Source: an uncultured archaeon (GTDB taxonomy: Archaea; Thermoproteota; Nitrososphaeria; Nitrososphaerales; Gagatemarchaeaceae). Taken from it: DNA of 64,000 nucleotides. Where the stretch lies: positions 96,001 to 160,000 of the forward strand of contig CAWFOU010000007.1 in assembly GCA_963817525.1 (NCBI GenBank), given 5' to 3'. Each line of letters opens with the position of its first letter. Within the stretch, counting starts at the first letter, position 1. Shown one piece after another: positions 59,080-64,000 of this stretch. A program made the position numbers and the translations under genes. The notes beneath the pieces are model-generated. The model searched no databases. It was not told the origin of the DNA and saw nothing but the letters and a program-made list of their open reading frames with translations.

Positions 59080-59118
59080 GGGTTCGCTTGGAACATTAGG
59101 CAATCCCATCGGACCCGC
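59080..59118 (+). repeat. att-like copy 4 (11-6-10 palindrome + tRNA 3' end)
   Basis: GGGTTCGCTTG-GAACAT-TAGGCAATCC-CATCGGACCCGC; abuts the vapC stop codon. Confidence 0.7.
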
Positions 59119-59489
59119 TAGCTTATCCAAACACGCTTCACCTCGGTGAAGTGCGGGTCATCTGTGACACAAGAGACGCGCAGACTCTTCGACGTTGCCA
59201 TGATCAACGAATCAGCCATGGGAACTCGCAGTCTATGGCTTATCCTAGCTCCCTCCTCCGCTATCCCGGCGCTCACATCGACTATGGTATACTCGTTTGC
59301 AATCGTGCGGGTGCGCAGCTCGGCAACCGTCTTGTCATCGTGTTCAATGGTCTGTTTGTATATCTCGTAAATGCTGATTGATGACGCGAACGGAGTCTTT
59401 GCCTTCTCGAAGATCGCCTTGAGCTTCCTGGTTATCTCCGCGTCCTTTGAAGTGAAGACGGCCCAGAAATACCTGGTCTCGAAGAGCAT
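59118..59489 (-). CDS. VapC/PIN toxin
   Basis: SISIYEI, MADSLIMAT, VTDDPHF. Confidence 0.85.
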   Translation of the reverse strand: MLFETRYFWAVFTSKDAEITRKLKAIFEKAKTPFASSISIYEIYKQTIEHDDKTVAELRTRTIANEYTIVDVSAGIAEEGARISHRLRVPMADSLIMATSKSLRVSCVTDDPHFTEVKRVWIS

Positions 59490-59492
59490 GAG

Positions 59493-59717
59493 TCACCCCT
59501 CAGATGAGCGCATCTCGTCAAGCAGTCGGAAGGACTCCTCGGTGGACAGCTTGCTCTTTCCTGCAAGGTCGAAGATTGATGGAATTTTTGTGAGTACTAC
59601 CTTGTCCCCTTCCGTGTCGACCATTAGCCTTGTTCCCTCCTGTATTCCGAGTTTCTTTCTTATGGATATAGGTATCGTCGTCTGCCCTCGCCTGGTGACA
59701 ACAACCTCTTGAGCCAT
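59493..59717 (-). CDS. AbrB/MazE-type antitoxin
   Basis: VTRRGQTTIPISIRKKLGIQEG. Confidence 0.88.
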   Translation of the reverse strand: MAQEVVVTRRGQTTIPISIRKKLGIQEGTRLMVDTEGDKVVLTKIPSIFDLAGKSKLSTEESFRLLDEMRSSEG

Positions 59718-59840
59718 GAGAGTGGCACGAATTCCTACTATAAAGCAATTCCTACCGCCGTAGGATTCCTATCTGCCCCGTCAGTCAGCTTAGGCGGGCT
59801 GGCGCATAGGTTCCTAAGCGGGCTTCTCCGATGCGACCAA

Positions 59841-59889
59841 GGGAATCCGCTTTCAGAACCTGTTCAGGGGCGGACCCCGTCAGGCCCGC
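59841..59889 (+). repeat. att-like copy 5 (long-hairpin type)
   Basis: GGGAATCCGCTTTCAGAACCTGTTCAGGGGCGGACCCCGTCAGGCCCGC. Confidence 0.85.
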
Positions 59890-60018
59890 TAATGATAAGC
59901 TCAATTTGAACTCTTTTTGAGTATGGCGAACATATTTGTGCCATTCCAGCGATTGTCGAAGCTAATCCGTCTGAATCGAACCCCTAAATATCGTCACCCA
60001 CTACTTACGCCTCGCGTC

Positions 60019-60414
60019 TTGAACGACAAGAAGGGAACGGGACCTGGCCAAGTCAGCGAGTCTGAACTTGCTGATCGAATATTCTCGTTCGACGACGCCA
60101 TCATGTTCTGCGTGATTATGAGCTCCGACGGGGACGTTCACGTGATACGGTCGCAGCCGGGAAGCGGGAGCCTGGTACGGAATAAGGGCGACGTCGAAAT
60201 GCTAGCCAAGCGGTGGGCTATCGTCAGGGGGATAGACGACACGGCAGACAAGTTGTTGGGACAGTCGCGTAGCGCAATAATCCTTCGCGACAAGATTACA
60301 TTGATGAGCATAAACGCGCCCGGCGGAAGGTGCGCGTTCGTCGGGGCACGCCCGGACGTCGATATTCGAAAGGTAAGAGAGATGGAAGAGGCAGTCGCCC
60401 TACTCAGCCCATAA
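60019..60414 (+). CDS. Roadblock/DUF6659-like protein
   Basis: IFSFDDAIMFCVIMSSDG...LLGQSRSAIILRDKI; resembles 23515-23904. Confidence 0.55.
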   Translation: MNDKKGTGPGQVSESELADRIFSFDDAIMFCVIMSSDGDVHVIRSQPGSGSLVRNKGDVEMLAKRWAIVRGIDDTADKLLGQSRSAIILRDKITLMSINAPGGRCAFVGARPDVDIRKVREMEEAVALLSP

Positions 60415-60463
60415 CTGGCGAGGCTGGAGGTCAGCTCCCAGGGGGGGGCGCGGCGTCGCGCTT

Positions 60464-60507
60464 GAATCCGTTGAAAAACCGTTCGGAGGCGGCCCCGTAG
60501 GTCAGCT
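60464..60507 (+). repeat. att-like copy 6 (degenerate long-hairpin type)
   Basis: GAATCCGTTGAAAAACCGTTCGGAGGCGGCCCCGTAGGTCAGCT. Confidence 0.55.
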
Positions 60508-60577
60508 GCCCTTCGCGAGGGTTGGATTCGAACTTCGAGTGCACGGCAACCCTATCGCGCAAGAGTCCTCTTGAGGA

Positions 60578-61438
60578 CTATAGGATATTCAGGTCGCTAG
60601 CTGCGTAATAAGAAGGAACCAACGGGCGAAATCCGAGACTTCTGATTTTTTCAGTGTTAAGGAGGCCGCTCCACGGGTTTATCAAAGGAGTCGCCGGGTC
60701 TGCCAGCTTCGCGGTCTGACCCGCCAGGCGGATGACCTCTTGTAGAGTAATCGGCGAGTCATCGGCGACGTTGCATATCTCGCCCCCCATGGCAGAGACG
60801 CCCAATGCCAGCTTCACGGCTTGCGCAACATCCAAATGGTGCAAAAGATGCAACCTATACGCCGGATGACGGGCCCACCGCTCAAAGAGCGGAATCGATT
60901 CTGGTAGATGCGGGTCACCGGCGCCGTAAACGAAGCTGAAGCGCAGGATGCTTACGTCAAGTTGTCTCGCCGCGTGCATGCCAAGCAAGAGTTTCTCCGA
61001 AGCCACTTTGCTCGAGGGATAGGCAGCCGTTGGACTGACGTGGTCGCTTTCTATGGCAGGCGCGGCGTCATTGCTGTAGACCGTGCTTGTGCTTGAAAAG
61101 ACAAAGCGAACCTCTGGGTTGATTTGGGAAGCCGCTCCGGCTATGTTTTTCGTGCCGGTCTCGTTTATGCTTTTGATCTTATCAGCGTCTTCGCTGCGAA
61201 GACTGCGAAAGAAAGCCGCAAGGTGCACGATTGCATCGACCCCGACAAGGGCTTCTTGCAGGCTCTCAGGCTGCATGATGTCGCCGACGAAGGTCTCTGC
61301 CCCTTTGGCTTTGAGCTTCCCCGCGGTTTCGTCATCGGTTCTTCGGACAAGTATTCGTACGGAATGACCGCCGGTGAGCAGAGACGGAACTAATCTGCTT
61401 CCTACTTTTCCAGTTGATCCCGTTACCAGGACGTTCAT
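60578..61438 (-). CDS. NAD-dependent epimerase/dehydratase (extended SDR)
   Basis: VLVTGSTGKVG, VHLAA, YPSSK. Confidence 0.88.
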   Translation of the reverse strand: MNVLVTGSTGKVGSRLVPSLLTGGHSVRILVRRTDDETAGKLKAKGAETFVGDIMQPESLQEALVGVDAIVHLAAFFRSLRSEDADKIKSINETGTKNIAGAASQINPEVRFVFSSTSTVYSNDAAPAIESDHVSPTAAYPSSKVASEKLLLGMHAARQLDVSILRFSFVYGAGDPHLPESIPLFERWARHPAYRLHLLHHLDVAQAVKLALGVSAMGGEICNVADDSPITLQEVIRLAGQTAKLADPATPLINPWSGLLNTEKIRSLGFRPLVPSYYAASDLNIL

Positions 61439-61540
61439 TTTCTAGACTGCGAGGTAGTCGACGCGCCTATAAGAATGCTTTGTATAAAGTAAATTGGTAT
61501 AAAGTAATTAGATATAGAGGCGGGCAACCAACCGCCCCGC

Positions 61541-61984
61541 GTGGAAGCCAGTCCGAACGCCGGATCTCTTGGCCACTGGGTGAAGATGATAAACCATGAC
61601 GCGACCATCAAGGGGAACCGCCTCCTCAAACCATTCGGTCTGACTCAGAGCGCCTGGTACGTCCTCTATCAGGTCAACCAAGCGGAACGGATCTCCCAGA
61701 AGAAGCTTCAGGGGACCCTAAGAATAGAGTCCGGAAGCATGGCGATGATCGTGGATAGTCTCGTCCGAAAAGGGTGGCTCGAAAGAACCTCCAGCGAGAA
61801 AGATCGCCGAGCCAATTATCTCAAGCTCACCCCCAAGGGCGCCGCTCGGTGGAAGACAGTTCCGGACGTAGCATCTGTCTTACGAAAGGAAATGATGCGG
61901 GGCATCTCGGAGGCGGAGGAGAAAGCCGGCATAGCGGTACTGAAGAAGTGTTGGGCTAACCTGGAGAAGGCGACCGCTGTCTAA
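61541..61984 (+). CDS. MarR-family regulator
   Basis: FGLTQSAWYVL...LVRKGWLER...DRRANYLKLTPKG. Confidence 0.88.
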   Translation: MEASPNAGSLGHWVKMINHDATIKGNRLLKPFGLTQSAWYVLYQVNQAERISQKKLQGTLRIESGSMAMIVDSLVRKGWLERTSSEKDRRANYLKLTPKGAARWKTVPDVASVLRKEMMRGISEAEEKAGIAVLKKCWANLEKATAV

Positions 61985-62011
61985 CAGAAAGAGTCCGCGA
62001 ATCAATTCATC

Positions 62012-62051
62012 GGATCCGCCTAGAGGATTAAACGCATCCCGTGGGGCCCGC
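62012..62051 (+). repeat. att-like copy 7 (11-6-11 palindrome + tRNA 3' end)
   Basis: GGATCCGCCTA-GAGGAT-TAAACGCATCC-CGTGGGGCCCGC. Confidence 0.75.
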
Positions 62052-62095
62052 TCCCATTACGGTTAATACACAGACCCCACCCAGTCACGGGCGTC

Positions 62096-62926
62096 TTGCC
62101 CACGATTAAGACGAAAGATGGGACTCAGATTTACTACAAGGACTGGGGGACGGGACAGCCTGTCGTCTTCAGCCACGGTTGGCCGCTCAGCGCCGACGCG
62201 TGGGAAGACCAGATGCTCTTCCTGGGCTCGCGCGGATATCGTTGCATAGCGCACGACCGCCGCGGTCATGGGCGCTCCGACCAGCCCTGGAACGGCAACG
62301 ACATGGACACCTACGCTGACGACCTTGCCGACCTTGTCAAGCATCTCGACCTCAAGGGCGCCGTTCACGTTGGTCACTCGACCGGGGGCGGCGAGGTCGC
62401 GCGCTACATTGGGCGGCATGGGACGAAGCGCGTCGCCAAGGCCGTTCTCATCGGGGCAGTGCCACCCATAATGGTGAAGACGCCGTCCAACCCTGGCGGC
62501 CTGCCTATCGAGACGTTCGACCAGATCCGCGCGGGAGTCCTGGCAGACCGCTCGCAGTTCTGGAAGGACCTGTCGATGCCGTTCTACGGCGCCAATCGCC
62601 CCAACTCCAAGGTGTCGCAAGGCCTGCGAGACTCGTTCTGGCTCCAGGGGATGTGGGCAAGCCACAAGGCGGTCTACGACTGCATCAAGCAGTTCTCCGA
62701 GACGGATTTCACCGAAGACCTCAAGAAGATCGACGTGCCGACGCTAGTCCTCCACGGGGACGACGACCAGATAGTGCCCATTGCGGACTCGGCGTTGCTG
62801 ACAGCCAAGATAGTTAGGAAGGCCACTCTGAAGGTGATCCCCGGAGCGCCCCACGGCATGTGCTCGACCCTCAAGGACACCATCAACGCAGAGCTGCTGG
62901 CGTTCCTGAAGCAAGGCCTTTCATGA
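62096..62926 (+). CDS. cpo: Non-heme chloroperoxidase-type alpha/beta hydrolase
   Basis: [41 protein letters not shown]. Confidence 0.9.
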   Translation: MPTIKTKDGTQIYYKDWGTGQPVVFSHGWPLSADAWEDQMLFLGSRGYRCIAHDRRGHGRSDQPWNGNDMDTYADDLADLVKHLDLKGAVHVGHSTGGGEVARYIGRHGTKRVAKAVLIGAVPPIMVKTPSNPGGLPIETFDQIRAGVLADRSQFWKDLSMPFYGANRPNSKVSQGLRDSFWLQGMWASHKAVYDCIKQFSETDFTEDLKKIDVPTLVLHGDDDQIVPIADSALLTAKIVRKATLKVIPGAPHGMCSTLKDTINAELLAFLKQGLS

Positions 62927-63016
62927 GCTCCCGAGACCGCTGAATCCCGAGCGGCTACGTTCCGATCCTTGGCAGGGCCGCCTCCTTATTATTATCAAGA
63001 CCTATCTCGGACAATC

Positions 63017-63868
63017 ATGACAGACTCGACGCAGAGCTTCTGGCCCAACGATGCACGGCTCGTCATCTCGGTTTCCATGCAGTTTGAAACCGGATCTCAA
63101 CCCGACCGTGGAGCCGCGAGCCCCTTTCCGCCTCTTGATCCCAAGTACCCTGACCTGCCCGCGCAAAAGTGGTACGACTATGGCTTCAAGGAAGGCATCC
63201 CCAGGCTCCTCGACCTGTGGGACCGGGTCGGCATCAAGGTGACGTCTCACATGGTCGGCCGAGCCGTCGAAAGACACCCTGAACTTGCGAAGGAGATCGT
63301 CGATCGAGGCCACGAGGCGGCCGGCCACGGTCAGACCTGGGAGCCGCAGTACTCCATGACCTCCGAGCAGGAGCGCGCCGGGTATCAGGCCAGCGTCGAC
63401 ACGATCCGGAGGGTGACGGGCACACGCCCGGTCGGTTTCAACGCGTTCTGGCTTCGCGGCACTACGAGCACCCTGGGAATCCTCCAAGACCTGGGCTTCA
63501 TCTACCACATCGATGACGTCAGCCGAGACGAGCCCTTCACGGTGACCGTGAAGGGGAAGCCCTTCGCCGTCGTGCCCTACACGATTCGCAACAATGACAT
63601 CGTGCGTTTTGATTCGCCGGCGATGACGAACGCCGCTTACCTGCAGGACGTTAAGGATGATTTTGATGTCCTCTACGCAGAGGCGGCCTCCCGCCGCCGG
63701 ATGATGTCGATCAGCACGCACGACCGGATCTCCGGCATCCCAGGACGAGTGAAAGTGCTGGAGGAGTTCATCAGGTATGCCCAAGGACGTGACGACGTCG
63801 TGTTCATGCGGAAGGACGAGATCGCAAGGTGGATCTTGTCGGCTTCCGACGCGCCTCGCGAAGAGTGA
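63017..63868 (+). CDS. Polysaccharide deacetylase family protein (PuuE-like)
   Basis: WPNDARLVIS, YGFKEGIPRLLDL, GHEAAGHG, STHDRISG. Confidence 0.85.
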   Translation: MTDSTQSFWPNDARLVISVSMQFETGSQPDRGAASPFPPLDPKYPDLPAQKWYDYGFKEGIPRLLDLWDRVGIKVTSHMVGRAVERHPELAKEIVDRGHEAAGHGQTWEPQYSMTSEQERAGYQASVDTIRRVTGTRPVGFNAFWLRGTTSTLGILQDLGFIYHIDDVSRDEPFTVTVKGKPFAVVPYTIRNNDIVRFDSPAMTNAAYLQDVKDDFDVLYAEAASRRRMMSISTHDRISGIPGRVKVLEEFIRYAQGRDDVVFMRKDEIARWILSASDAPREE

Positions 63869-63901
63869 GCCGACCGGCCACCCATTGAGCGAGAGATTTT
63901 C

Positions 63902-63949
63902 GGAGTCCATTTGCAGAACCCGTTAAGGGGCAGACCCCGTCGGTCCCGC
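63902..63949 (+). repeat. att-like copy 8 (long-hairpin type)
   Basis: GGAGTCCATTTGCAGAACCCGTTAAGGGGCAGACCCCGTCGGTCCCGC. Confidence 0.8.
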
Positions 63950-64000
63950 TGCCAATACTTGCCTGGAAGTATTGGATAGAGTTATGTTTCCGTCGAGGTG

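Noticed and set aside
50139-63949. Classical integron (IntI + attC)
   Set aside because: The sites lack RYYYAAC/GTTRRRY ends and neither recombinase is recognisably IntI; only the architecture is integron-like.

Overview
Archaeal chromosome segment, most consistent with a GC-rich Nitrososphaerota (Thaumarchaeota) lineage. This is inferred from the eukaryote-like topoisomerase IB, the exosome-proteasome superoperon, a short ERCC4/XPF nuclease and DUF6659-like proteins. There are three blocks. (1) 1-7228 is an accessory region of secreted/surface proteins (including a G1 glutamic peptidase), palindromic tandem repeats and a tyrosine recombinase. (2) 7321-35070 is core genome: mptA/folE2, aIF-1A, DEAD-box helicase, ECF transporter, prefoldin, exosome, SBDS, proteasome alpha, endonuclease IV with a LAGLIDADG intein, and TopoIB. 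It also holds an unexplained ~350-nt structured intergenic region. (3) 35131-64000 starts with a two-intron tRNA-Lys(UUU) followed by a >28-kb island. The most striking signal is in this island: eight further copies of the tRNA-Lys 3' end, most preceded by a conserved inverted repeat, fall in the gaps between self-contained 0.6-5.6 kb gene modules. These modules are two TA pairs, a cyclase-TPR gene, MarR/epimerase, hydrolase/deacetylase and surface proteins, giving an integron-like cassette array anchored at a tRNA. The island also carries a complete IS110/IS1111-type element whose downstream non-coding region contains guide segments matching both flanks of its own insertion site (bridge/seekRNA-like). 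Other island contents are candidate defence genes (PIN-HEPN, Ntn-protease-HEPN), a frameshifted integrase and iteron-like arrays. All calls come from reading the sequence and motifs; no database searches were run.
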